Assembly (NCBI RefSeq): GCF_000315625.1
Contig: NW_005434461.1
Span: 5,196-69,195, forward strand
DNA: 64,000 nucleotides
Source of the DNA: Guillardia theta CCMP2712
Taxonomy: Eukaryota; Protista; Cryptophyta
Direction of reading: 5' to 3'
In this document: positions 1-11,958 of the stretch, piece after piece
How positions within the stretch are numbered: the stretch's first letter is position 1
Layout: every line of letters starts with the position of its first letter
Position numbers and translations under genes: made by a program
Notes under the pieces: model-generated
What the model was told of the DNA's origin: nothing
The model's input: only the letters and a program-made list of their open reading frames with translations
The model's database searches: none

Positions 1-653
1 GATGTACGTAAAATTCGTTACAAACCGTTTCAAATTAACTTCACTGAACCGGCTGAGTCCCGCCGGGCCGGCCGCCAGGACCGGAGGCTGATGAGTGGTG
101 GGAGGTGTAGCGGGGGAGTAGGAGGGGTAGTAAGTCTAAAATCGTGAGGGGAGGAGGGAAAGGAGGGGGTACTCAAAGGTAATCAGAGGGGTGTAATAAA
201 TGAGTCGGGGTGAGTGGGGTTGCCAAGAGGTCCCGACTCAAGTGGAGGTTTGCAAGGCAATAATTTTAATGCTGCGACGCTTTTAAAAGCCTGACTGGGA
301 GGAGGCGGCGGGAGGCGGCGGGAGGGTGGGGAGGAGGAGGAGATGAGTAAGAAGTGGGAGTGAGAAACATGCCGAGGATGAGGGGCAGACGACATGCTTA
401 CCGTGGCAATGTTATCTCAAAGATCGTCTTCGGATCTAGTCGCTGTGTCCGGAAGTTCCGTCGAGAGGATAAGTCGTTGGGGTAAACGTCAGTAGAGAGA
501 AGAGATTTTATCTAGGATGTCGATATGATGTTATTTGTTCGTTTCCAACATGATCTTACACAGAGGATCTACAAAGAGGGTAAGGCGCTGACGCCTATGG
601 TGCCAGGCTCCCATTTCCTCGCGTTTGCTTCGTCGACAGACCTTCATGCAGCC

Positions 654-2286
654 ATGAGTGTCGTAACTTATTTCAAGGTCCATATTATCAATGTGACAGC
701 TACCAACATCTTCAACAAGAAGGTATTCTGAGAGAAATGCGAGTGTGCGGAAGACAGGGGAGGGAGAGGGAGAGGGAGAGGGAGATGGAGATGGACGTGA
801 AGCGAGCAAGAGCTGAGTGAAGGGAGGGCTTCAAAGCTGAACTTGCCTCCTCAGGGGAAGGTTCCAGACGCATACTTGAAGCTGGCATGGGACAAGGAGT
901 TCAAGACAGTGGAGACAGAGACGGGGAAGGTAGACGGGAGCGGCAGGACGAGCTGGGAGAAAACGTTTGGGAAGGGAGGCCTGAACTTCAAGTACGAGAC
1001 CAAGTACGCTGGTCAACTGATGAGCAAGAGGTTTGTGATAGAGTGCTGGGACAAGAACTTCTTCTCCGACGAGTTCATCGGGAAGGCTGAGCTCGACCTG
1101 CACACCATGGCCACAGGGCCAAGGAGGGTCAAGATGGTGATCAAGAAGCCTGACGGGATGCCGGGGGGGAACTTAGACGTGCTTGCCAACGTGATGCACA
1201 CTACGTACGTGAAGATCGAGCTCGCAGACGTGCAGGTCGACCTGAGGATGAAGGAGAGCTTCAGCATGCAGTACTTCTGCAGCCTGACCAGCACGCGGGC
1301 CAAGACGACAGCATCCCACATGCCCCCGCCTATGAGGTGGAAGAGACTAGAGGATATCACCATCTTCGCGTCCTTGGAGGAGCTGTGCGAGAGCTTCGTG
1401 GTGTTTGAGTTCTCCATTGAGGGGGTTGTGCATGCGGTGGGGCAGGTGGCTCTTGTTAGGATCCTGGCGGGGATAGAGGAGTACAGCGAGAGCGTGCAGT
1501 ACCCGTTCACGGAGGCGGTGAGGGACTTCGGGGAGAGCAGGGGGCAGCGGGTGGTTGGGAGCATCTCGGGGAAGATTGTGCTCAGCAACCTTCCTTTCTT
1601 CTCCCAGCTGACGGAGGATGCGATGCTTGACGATGCTGGGAACGTGGTGGGAGGGCTCAGACTACTTCCTTTCTCGCCTCTCCCGGCTGTGCTGAGCAAG
1701 AGCGGAGCGAGGGTCGTTGCGCGCTTCAGCAAGGAGAGGTTGCGGAAGAAGGAGGAGAAGAAAGAGGAGAGAGATGAAGATATCCTTGCTAAAGGTAAAA
1801 GTCGACCTGCTGCTCTGAGAGATTTTCTCGTGATTTCGTTTTCGGATTCTCGTGATTTCGTCGATCCGTACTTGTTCTGTGCCTGCTGTGCCTGTTACAC
1901 TTGTACCTTGCGCTCGGTGCTTGTGAGGTGGTACATGTTGATTGTAATCTTGTACATCGTGTCTTCTTCACCTTTGACCTGTGCTTGTACCCCTTACCTT
2001 GTATCGAAGTACCTTGCTCACCATGTACAACATACATGTAACAGCGTGCCTTGTGTCTTTTGTCTTTACTCTGATCTTGTTCGGTTGTTCGGTGAACTTG
2101 TTAGCAGAGGTGAGCGCTATCGGAATCGATGGGTGGAACCCGCATCATTCGCCTGATGAGACAGTAGGCGAGTCCCTGCTCGACCGAGCCAACTCGGCAC
2201 ATGGAAGCGAGAGGGGGGACAACAGCAACACTCATGACAGCAACACGTTCAACAGCAGCAGCAACAACAACAACAACAACAATACT

Positions 2287-2331
<45 letters not shown>

Positions 2332-4250
2332 CTCATGACAGCAACACGTACAACAACACTTACAACAACAACAACAATGGAGACAACGGAGACAACACGT
2401 ACCTCGTCCATGGATACAACACCCATAACAGTGATGCTGCGCCCCAATGGAATCAACAAGTGACAAATCCTCATGGAGTCATGCCAGGTGAAATTTGATT
2501 GTGTTCCTCCTCAAACTAAACTCCCTCCCTCCCCTCCCTCCCCTCCCCTCCCCTCCCTCCCTCCCTCCNNNNNNNNNNNNNNNNNNNNNNNNNNNNNNNN
2601 NNNNNNNNNNNNNNNNNNNNNNNNNNNNNNNNNNNNNNNNNNNNNNNNNNNNNNNNNNNNNNNNNNNNCCTCCCTCCCTCCCTCCCTCCCTCGATCCATC
2701 TCGTTGTTCCTCCAATTCCCTCTTCTGACGTCTTGGCAGTCTACGATGCTCCTCCCGCCGCGTTCAGGCAGGTCAGCGAGGAGGCCGGAGGCTGCAGTAG
2801 ACGATTTCTCTCACAGGCCGTGCAGGACGACCTGTCAAACCTTGTCAGCTTCACTCCCAACATGCACCATGAGCACAACATGAGGTAGAGGAGAGAGGAG
2901 AGGAGGAGGAGGGAGAAGAGGGGGAACAAGAGTGGGAGGACAGGAGGAGGGTGGGGGCGAGGATAGGGAGGAGGAGGGAGAAGAGGAGGAGGGAGACGAG
3001 GAGGAGGGCAAGGGAGGGGGAGGGGGAGGAAGGGGAGGGAGAGGGAGAGGAAGCAGCGACTGATCCATGCACGCCAGCAGGAGCGAGGTGAAGGTTGATG
3101 GGTTTGACGTCGGCAATGCAAGCAACGTGAGAGTTTGTGCTGGGGTGTGAAGGAGGAGGGAGGTGAAGCTGATGGGGAGGAAATGCTAGGAGGAGGAAGC
3201 GGAACTAAGCTGAACAGGAGGGAGGGGAGGATAGAAGGTCAATAGGAGGAGAGCAGGAGAATAGAATGCCAAGGAGATGATGGAAGGAGGAGAGGTGAGG
3301 AGGAGGAAGTGAACTTGTTTCAGGTATTTAATCCTCGACAAGACACACCTAACTCGAACCTCGTCTCCGCCCTTGGTCACCATCCTTACTTCCCCTCTCC
3401 CCTACGTTGCTTGCCCCCTTCCCGTGTCACCCTCCTCTTCCTCTGGCGTCCTCTCCTCTCCTCTCCTCCTCTTCTCTTCTCTCTTCCTCCTCACCTCATC
3501 CTCCTTCTCCCTCCCCTTCTCTCATCCTCCATCGTCGAGTCCTCGGCTCACTCGTATCAGGTCAAGTTCTCCCTACTTGGCGGGTCTGCTACGATGCAGG
3601 GGGGAGAAGGTGAGCGGACCGAGGGGAAGGAGAAGTGCAAGAAGGGAAGAAAAGAGGAAGGAGAGGAAGGGAGAGGAGTCGATGCAGAGTAGGGCAGGGC
3701 AGGGAGGAAGAAAAGCGGATAGGAGGGGAGGGAAGGGGAGGAAGGAGCCATCCGGAGGTTGAACAAGAGAGGAAAATGGTGCGATTTTGAGACGAGGACG
3801 AAGAAGCAAGAGAATGAGAAAGCAGGGGGAGGAAAAGAAAGAGAAGGCGGGAGCAGGAGGAGGGAGCAGGAGCAGGAGCAGGAGTAGCCGGACTAACTCT
3901 GAATCAGATTTTCGTCAACGATGTCACGCGAGTGACGACTTGGGAATATCCGACTGCTGCTCGTCTCCCTGCTGGTAGAGAACGTGACTGGAGGAATGAG
4001 GAGGGAGGGCGAGAAAGAAGAGGAGGAGGGGAAAAGGGAAGAGGAGGAGGCAGGGGGAAGAGGAGGAGGGAGAAGGACGAGGAGGGGGAGGGGGAAGGAC
4101 GAGGAAGGGGGGGGAGGAAGGACGACGACGAAGATGAAGGAGGACGATGTCAAGTAGAGGAGTGACATTGTGAATAATTCAGGTTGGGAAGAGAAGACAG
4201 ATACCGCGAATCGAGTCTACTACGTGAATCACATGACTAGAACAACACAA
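654..4250 (+). CDS. C2-domain protein with C-terminal tandem WW domains (multi-exon; 3' end unresolved near the N gap)
   Basis: Exon 654-722 (MSVVTYFKVHIINVTATNIFNKK) splices via GT723..AG854 in frame to GKVPDAYLKL...VIECWDKNFFSDEFIGKAELDL, a C2 signature. Later exons give IFVNDVTRVTTWEYP (3908-3973), which joins to GWEEKTDTANRVYYVNHMTRTTQ (4182-4250), both WW motifs. The middle exons are uncertain. Confidence 0.75.
2264..2330. repeat. (CAA)n microsatellite
   Basis: Direct observation. Confidence 0.95.
2569..2668. other. Assembly gap (100 N)
   Basis: Run of N flanked by CCCT low-complexity sequence. Confidence 1.
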
Positions 4251-4449
4251 GTCAGCTCCTTCCTCCATGTTCTCCTCCTCCTCCCCTTCTTCCCTTCTTT
4301 GCTCCCTCCTTCTCCTCCCTCTCTCCCTCCTTCTCCTCCCTCTCCCCCTCCTTCTTCTCCTCCCTCTCTCCCTCCTTCTTCTCCTCTCTCTCCCCCTCCT
4401 TCTTCTCCTCCCTCTCTCCCTCCTTCTTCTCCTCCCTCTCTCCCTCCTT

Positions 4450-4549
4450 NNNNNNNNNNNNNNNNNNNNNNNNNNNNNNNNNNNNNNNNNNNNNNNNNNN
4501 NNNNNNNNNNNNNNNNNNNNNNNNNNNNNNNNNNNNNNNNNNNNNNNNN
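4450..4549. other. Assembly gap (100 N)
   Basis: Run of N after a CT-rich minisatellite. Confidence 1.
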
Positions 4550-4907
4550 TCCTCCTGCTCCTCCTTTGTTTGCATCAGATCAGTCTGAGAGATTGATGCC
4601 CTTCTCCCTAGCATACTTCCTTACTTCCTCCTGCCATGAGTGTGAGGAGGAGGAGGCGGCGGGAAGGGGGTGCAGCGAAAGGACGAGACAAGTAGGTAGA
4701 GGACAAGAGGAAAGAAAACAGGACAGGACCAGAGGAAGGGAGTGGGGGGAGGTAAACGACAAGTTGCAGCTGCTGCTAGGGCCTTACTACAGGGAAGAGA
4801 GGAAGGACGGGGAGCGGAAGGAAAGGAAGGGGAGGAGGAGGAGGAGGAGGAGGAGGGGGCAGAAGGGAGAAGGGAGGAGGGAGAAGGGAGGGAGGAGTAG
4901 TGGGATA

Positions 4908-7900
4908 TCATGTGACCTTGTTGAGCTGGACCAGGGAAGGCAGGAGGAAGTCGCTCACGGCCCTGGCACATCTCGCTCCTGCTCTCAACGCGCCGTTGAT
5001 GGAAGCGGTTTCAACGTGATCCCCGGCGAGGAAAAGATGCTCCTTCCTCCTGACGCTCTGCCGGCGCTCTCTCTCAGCCTCAAGGCAAGGAGGAGAAGAG
5101 AAGAGAGAGGAAGCAAGGAAGAGGAGTGGAGAGGAAGCAAGGAGGAGGGAGAGGAGAGGAGAGGAGAGGAGAGGAGAGGAGGAGGCGAGGAGGAGGAGGA
5201 GGAGCGATGAAGGGCAAGGAGAATGGGAGAGTGGAAAGAGAAAGGATGACAGAGAAGGAGAAGGCAGGAAAAGAGAGGAAGGAGGCGGAGCAGAGAGAAG
5301 AGGAGGAAGGAGAGAGAAGAAGAGAGGGAATGAAGTTGAAAAGGAAGAGGATGAAGAGGAGGAGGTACCTGCTCGCGTTCGAACGGAGGTTCCTGTGACG
5401 GCTGCAGAGAGATGAGAATGAAGAAGAGGAAGAGAGGGGAAAGAAAAAGGCGGCGAGGAGAGGCCAGGAGGAGGAGGAGGAGGAGGAAGAGAGAAAAGAG
5501 AAAACGAGAAGAAGAAAGGAGAGCGATAAGGAGGAGGGGAAGGGGAGGGGGGAGCGACGGGAGGGATGAAATTAGAGGAGAAACCTGACTGAAGGGAATA
5601 CGATACGTTCGCAACGGCTTCCACTGCAATGACAAATTAAAGCAAGAACTGATGAGGAGGATGGGGACAAGGGAGGAGGAGGAGGAGGAGGAGGAGGAGG
5701 ATAAAAATTAAGAAGCAAAGAAGGGAATGATGGAGGTAGCGGAGAAGAGGAGGAGGAAGATGAAGGAGAAGAAGGCGAACGAGGAGGAGGAGCAGGTGGA
5801 GCAGGATGAACCTCGTTGGCAGAAGGACCGAACCAGCTGACGAGCTGCTTCTTGACCTGAGGATGGAAAGTCAGGGCGACATCGCAGAAGTGAGAGGAGA
5901 AGAGACGAGAGAAGCTTCTGTGATGTGCCATCGGTAGGGCAAGAAGAGTTGATGAGGAGAGGAGAGAGGGGTAAGAGAGGAGGAGGAAGAGAGAGGAGGA
6001 CGAGGAGGACGAGGAGGGCGAGAGCAGGACGAGGAGGACGAGGAGGACGAGGAGGACGAGGAGGACGAGGAGGACGAGGAGGACGAGGAGATATTCGGGT
6101 TCATACGTCTGCTACAAGTTGATCTTCTTGCTGATCGGGAATGCCGACGAGAGAAACGCATGCAAGAGACTGCAAAGAAGATGAGAGGAGGAGAGAAGAG
6201 AGAGGAAGAGAGAGCAAAGGAAGGAAGAGAGAGCAAGAGCAGAGTAGAGCCGAGAGAAAGAGCGAGGAGGAGGAGGCGAACGACAACGGTAGGGGGGCAG
6301 GAAACATCAAACTGTCAGACAACTCCCCATCAATGCAACGCAAGGCAAGAAACATTCAACGTGGGTTCGCATGACATGTGCTTGTGTCAGGTTCTTCCTT
6401 TCCTCACCTTTCCCTCTGGCGCATACGAAGAAGCGACCATGCTCGGGAAGCAGACGTTGTTGATAGTGGAGGTGCCTTGGGCGTCCTTGACGCCATCGCC
6501 GTTGAGGAAGACTGTCTGTTTTTCTCGTTCAAACGTCTCCTCGCCCTCTTCTGCTTTCCATCCCCGATTCTCTTCCTCCCCTCCCCTCCATCCCTCCATC
6601 CCTCCATCCCTCCATCCCTCCATCCCTCCGTCCCTCCATCCTCCTCCTCCTACCGGAACGTCAGCAGGCGGTTTGCCGTCAATCGCGAAGTAGAGACAAG
6701 TTGTTTTCTTGGGCTCCTGCATCTCCGACACTGAAAGGGAGAAAACAAGAGAAATCAGAAATGAGATGAAAAAGATTCAGACAACTTGCTAGTATACAAG
6801 TATCATCATCGTAACCACCATCTCAACCATCTACATCTTCATCTTCTGAACACTGTTGCGTTCTCCTTCTATCTCCTCCTATCTCCTCCTATCTCCTCCT
6901 ATCTCCTCCTATCTCCTCCTATCTCCTCCTCTTCTTACCGACGTCAGGAACAAGCTGACTTGCCATCTTTCCGCACGTTGCAACAACAACACACGACGCC
7001 TGATCGCCACGTTATTTCCTCCCTCCCCTTCTCTTTCTCAGCTCACAGCAACAAACTCTCCCGAGCTGAGGGTAACACCCTTGCCGTCTTCCTTGATTGA
7101 CTTCACCTGAGACATCATAAGTCATCGTCTCTCCTTGCCGTCCTAGTACCACTACTACTACTACTACGACGACGACCACTGTGCTACTGCTACTACTACT
7201 GTGCTACTACTACTACAACTACTACTGTGCTACTACTACTACTGTGCTACTACTGTGCTACTACTACTACTGTGCTACTACTACTACTACTACTACTACT
7301 ACGGTGCTACTACTTCTACTACTACTGTGCTACTACTACTACTGTTGCTGCTCCACCTGTTTGTTCTGCTCCACCTGTTTCTCCTCGTCCTCCTCCTCCT
7401 GATCTTCCTCCTCCTCCTGATCTTCCTGCTCCTCCTGATCTTCCTCCTCCTCCTCTTCCATCCATTTCTCAACTCCCCCTCACATACTCGAATGTTCACC
7501 GCCTTGTACTTGTCCATCACAATATCCACTTCATCTCTACTTCTCTTGCTTTGCCCTTCCTCCCACCAACCTGAGTGTTGAGTCGAACAGAGTCTGCAGG
7601 CAGCAGAGACTTCAAATAGTTTGGAATTTTCTGCATCCCCTCCTGCCATGATCGTCAATCCCTCTCCTCCTCCTCCTCCTCTCCTCGCAACTCCTCCTCC
7701 TCGCTCATCCTCGCTCATCCTCGCTCCTATATCCTCGTCCTCCTGCTCCTCTTTCACCTCTGGTAGACAATTTTCTCCTATTGAAAGCATGCGGATGACA
7801 AATTCAAACTCCCTGCAAGCCCAATCACCATCTCAAACATCATCACCACCACCTCCTCCCGCTTACCGAGCGCTGGTCTTCAGCTTCGTGTCAAAAAAGA

Positions 7901-9734
7901 TTCCTCCGAGGAAAGGACGGAAGAATCTGAAGAAAATTCTTCACCTTTGTTTTCAACAATCAAACAGTAGATCACTTGTCAATGAACTCCTCGGAGAAAC
8001 CAGCACCAAAGAATACATCTCTTGACAATCGCTGGCAAACAAACTAACATCATTGTCCTCACACTTTAACAACTGGGCTCACATCATAGATTGAAATGTC
8101 GGGCCTCGTGTATATCTCCTCCTCGCTCGCTAGAGTGGCTTGCAACCTCAACACAGCAAATAGAAGCTGAACAAAAAGATAGCAATCAGTTCCTCTCCTT
8201 TTTCTTCCTCCTCCTCCTCCTCATCATCATCATCATCTCCATCGTCGTCGTCGTCGTCATCATCATCATCATAATCATCATAATATATCAATATAACCAT
8301 CATCATGACTCATCACCTTGTCAACAAGAGTTCCGACGGTATGAGATGGCGATAACATTGCAAGGGCATCCAGGGGTCGACTGCATAAAGCAAACTCAAC
8401 CCCCTCCTCCTCCTCCCTACTACCTCCTCCTCCCTACTACCTCCACGTCCCTAGAACCTCCTCCGCACTATGACCTCCTAGAAGCTATGATCTGCTGTAG
8501 GAACGCCTTGTTTGAACAACATCAAGGCATCTGGTGTTACTGATGCGTCGGGGAAACCATGATTGTACAGGAAAACGTTCTGACAAGCCTGATCGCTCTC
8601 TACATTCTTCTCCAGTCTTGTGAGGATCAAGTCTTGAACCTTCACGATCTCCATCTTTGAGCTCAGGTGGCTGAGAGGCGAGCAACGAGCACACTTGCGG
8701 TATTCACTCAAGAGTGCGGATCGAGCTCGCAACGGCGACGAAAGCGAAGAAACCAACACCAAGACAAGTCGGAGCGATGAAGGCAGGCANNNNNNNNNNN
8801 NNNNNNNNNNNNNNNNNNNNNNNNNNNNNNNNNNNNNNNNNNNNNNNNNNNNNNNNNNNNNNNNNNNNNNNNNNNNNNNNNNNNNNNNNCTCTCCCCTCT
8901 CCCCTCTCCCCTCTCCCCCTCCCCCTCCCCCTCCCCCTCCCTTTTCCCTTCTCCCGCCTTCTCCCCCTTCCCCTCCTCCCTTCTCCTTCCTCTCACCGGA
9001 GAGGGTCGGTAAAGAGATGGAAAGTATCAGCATGGCGCACCATGGCACCTACAACAATGTGAGTGAATAACTCCCTAGGGTCGAGCTCTACCAGGATAAA
9101 AAGGTTGGAGCTGGAGCTGCTTATAGTCGAAGAAGCGAAGACATTCAGGATAGGACGTTAGAAAGATCTGGAAACTAAAGCAAAGTCATCGTTCTCCTCT
9201 CCACCACCACCACCACCACCACCACCACCACCACCACCACCACCACCTCTTCCTCCTCCTCTCCGCTCCTCAGGTCCTCACCCTCGATCCAGGAGGAATC
9301 CGTCCACTTTGTCCGTTCTTATCCTTCCCCCCACCTCCTCGCTCTCCTCCAGGATCTTCAACGCGTCAGAACGTCATCAACATGGCGGCAGAGCTCACCA
9401 CAAATGGGATCCCGCGCTCCTGCAGCTCCACTGCACAGGCAAGCCCTGAAATCCCTCCTCCTACTATCACCACCCTCTCCTCTCCTGCCGCAGCCTTGCA
9501 CTGCAGGGCGGTCGCTCCCCTCCCTCTCCTTGGCGCACTTGCCGCATGGCGTAGGTTAGACGCTGTCCGGCCTCCTCCTGTACATCTTGAGCGCGTTTGG
9601 AGTCGGACAGGAACGGGGAGGAACAGGAAGGCAGTGACGGACTGCAGGGACAGCAGCAGCAGGACGAAGGCGTTGCGAGACGCTGAGAGAATCTGGTGAG
9701 GGAACGGCGATACGCAATGAAGGGACGAACCCAT
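4908..9734 (-). CDS. FAD-dependent oxidoreductase, amine oxidase/phytoene dehydrogenase-like, with bipartite plastid presequence (many exons)
   Basis: Spliced exons read VVIVGGGISGLACA (GxGxxG), ILEESEEVGGRIRTDKVDGFLLDRG, FQIFLTSYPE, FTDPLR, GFSEEFIDK, FFRPFLGGIFFDTKLKTSAR, EFEFVIRMLSIGENCLPE, TTCLYFAIDG, INNVCFPSMVASSYAPEGK, WKPLRTYRIPFSQ and FLAGDHVETASINGALRAG. The exact last exon is uncertain. Confidence 0.9.
7150..7345. repeat. (CTA)n/CTGTG compound microsatellite in an intron
   Basis: Direct observation. Confidence 0.95.
8790..8889. other. Assembly gap (100 N) inside an oxidoreductase intron
   Basis: Run of N. Confidence 1.
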
Positions 9735-10519
9735 CGGAGATCGCTGCTAAAGAGCTGGCAAAAGGAAGCTGCGAGCGAGCGCGAGGAGGAGGAGGAGGAG
9801 GAGGAGGAGGAGGTAGGCCTGCATGACAACGAGAGTCAAAACAGCACTGGGCCTGACATGAAGCTCTCTGCTTCCATCACTCACTCACTCACTCACTCCT
9901 CTCTTTATCATCTCGTTCCCTCCCCTCCCCTCCCTTGCAACCTCCTCTCCTCCCTTCCCCGACCATCCTCCTCCCCCGCAGTGTCGTCGGATCTCTCAGG
10001 ACATATAAAGGAGATCTATCCAGTAGAACGCAAAAATAAATGTGACCACCCACCTCGGTAAGAATAATAAAAGCTGTGGAAATTCAAGGGTGAATGACGG
10101 AATTTTATACCTCTGGTTATGGATGTTATCATGTTTTTCAAAGACAGCCCGGCCGGAGTCAGCTGCGCCGGGCACACTGTTCACTGAGGAGCCTGAGTCG
10201 AGGAGGCCAGGGCCGCCTGACCCCGGCAGGTCCTTCTCCTTCACCCAGACACTACGGATCACAATTACTTCACTCACTTCGGCCCACTGGGCCAGAAAGC
10301 CTGGGGTGGCCAGTGGCTTGCAGTGAGTGCCAAGACCGTTTAAGATCAAGATGGCAAGGCTGACACTGATGGCGACGAGTCTAGAGGCCTCTGACAAGTC
10401 TAGAGGCCTCAGGCCTCTGACAGTGCCGAGTCTGCCATCTGGGCCGCCTGCCACGTCCCAAGTTTCGAAGCCGAGAGACCATCTACGGTTGTAGTTTCTC
10501 TGTTCGCATCCGCCGGCCA

Positions 10520-11200
10520 CTAAACTCGGAAAACACAGCGTACAGTCCTACAGGAGGCCACCAGTGCTGATAAGTAATGATGGGGGAGGAAAGACTGCTG
10601 GGCTGCTACAGTTGCGGTTGGGCTCCGTTGCCAGGTGGGTACGAACTCAAGCAAGAAATGAGAAGTTTTGTGAAGAGATCCACAAAATTTGTTTATTGCA
10701 GCACTCAGTGTCGTTAAATCAGTTTGTTCACTCGAACATGAAGCCTCGTACAACTCTCCACATGCTCTAAGGCTTCCTGGAACCAATCCTGCGTTGTGAA
10801 GCTGCCCTGGAGCAACGATTCTTCTTGGTGCTTGTGACCCTGCAGGGATTTCTCTGGGCTCGGCAGCGAGGGGACTAACACAGTGGGAGGATACTTGCAG
10901 CCTGTCAGCTCTGGGCTGATACTTGAGTTGTGCTGTACATTGAAAATTTTTGGTCGGATTCGTGAGTAAGGCCACTTCTTGATTCCCAATCTTCTACAGA
11001 CATGCTTCATCGTCGTGGTAGAAAAGCCCTACATGAGGAATGAGTTTCAAACGAGACACAGATCATCAAAAGATGATTTTCACCAGCAAGTCACAAGCCT
11101 CCTTCTGCCTCATGACGAAGAGGCTGCGGACATCCTCCAAGGTCAAGTTTCTTGTCTTGTGGTTCTGACTTGCGCGTTTCTGTCCACTTACAGATGCCAT
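10520..11200 (-). CDS. RWP-RK domain transcription factor
   Basis: MASVSGQKRASQNHKTRNLTLEDVRSLFVMRQKEACDLL | GT-AG intron | GFSTTTMKHVCRRLGIKKWPYSR matches the RWP-RK consensus (LTLEDL..YF.....EAA..LG...T.LK..CR..GI.RWP.R). The 3' end (10714 or later) is uncertain. Confidence 0.9.
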
Positions 11201-11604
11201 TTCTGTTGTGTCTGCTTTTGCTTGCACTAGGTATATGTCGGGGACGATGATGAGCAGGTAGAGGCACAGGGGGTGAGACTGATCTTGATAACGTTGCTCA
11301 AGGGGGTGGAGGGCTCCAACTGTCAAGGGTAAGGGGAACAATGCGTAAAGCGATTGCTCCGAGTAAGTTGCCCATCATCTTGTACCCGGACGGGCAGTAA
11401 AGACCCGTATCTCATTGAAGCGGTGTGTTCCTGGCGTTGCTGTGTCCGGGGAGACGTAGTTAACCGACGTAAGTCAGCGATGTAATCAGTTGGATCATCG
11501 GATTACCCCGCGGGCCCGGGCCCGAGTGACCAGGCGGTTGCCGTGTCATAGAGTAAAATTACTTGTAGCGAATTCAGTAAAAATTAGGGTCGAAGAGGCC
11601 GCCA

Positions 11605-11646
11605 TCTTTTACTCAAAGTTAAGTTAAAAATCAGTACGGTACGAGG
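11605..11646 (-). repeat. Inverted copy of the ~36-bp motif CCTCGTACTGAT(C/T)TTTAACT(C/T)AACTTTGAGTAAAGA
   Basis: The reverse complement of 11605-11646 matches 13321-13356 and 15205-15240, apart from a 5-nt microduplication and a few small differences. The core also occurs at 24652-24683. Confidence 0.9.
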
Positions 11647-11958
11647 ACAGCAAGCGACCATGCCGCTACATCAACTCATAGTGTATACAGTATACCTCTG
11701 CTCCAGCTCAACTTGCCTTTGAGCCCGAGTAGTTTCACCTTGCGCCCCGGGACTGATATGACGATTAATAACCATGACGTTCGATGCTGTCACACCCCGA
11801 AGCTTTAGGGGTTTCAGACATCTACAGCGAATGCTCGGCAAGGCACCTTCGCTGGATCACATCATCAAGGTGTAGGGTAGAAGAAGCAGACCCTTCTAGC
11901 TTTGAAGGCTGATCCTTATATAGGCTAAAAGAAGCAAAACGGGTTAAGCCTCCATCGA

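Noticed and set aside
2100-9070. Many ORF-track entries rich in poly-P/S/L/E/R/C/V
   Set aside because: They are translations of microsatellite introns or antisense frames; the real exons are short and belong to the C2-WW and oxidoreductase genes
11581-11812. TTAGGG/TTTAGGG as interstitial telomere
   Set aside because: Only isolated single copies
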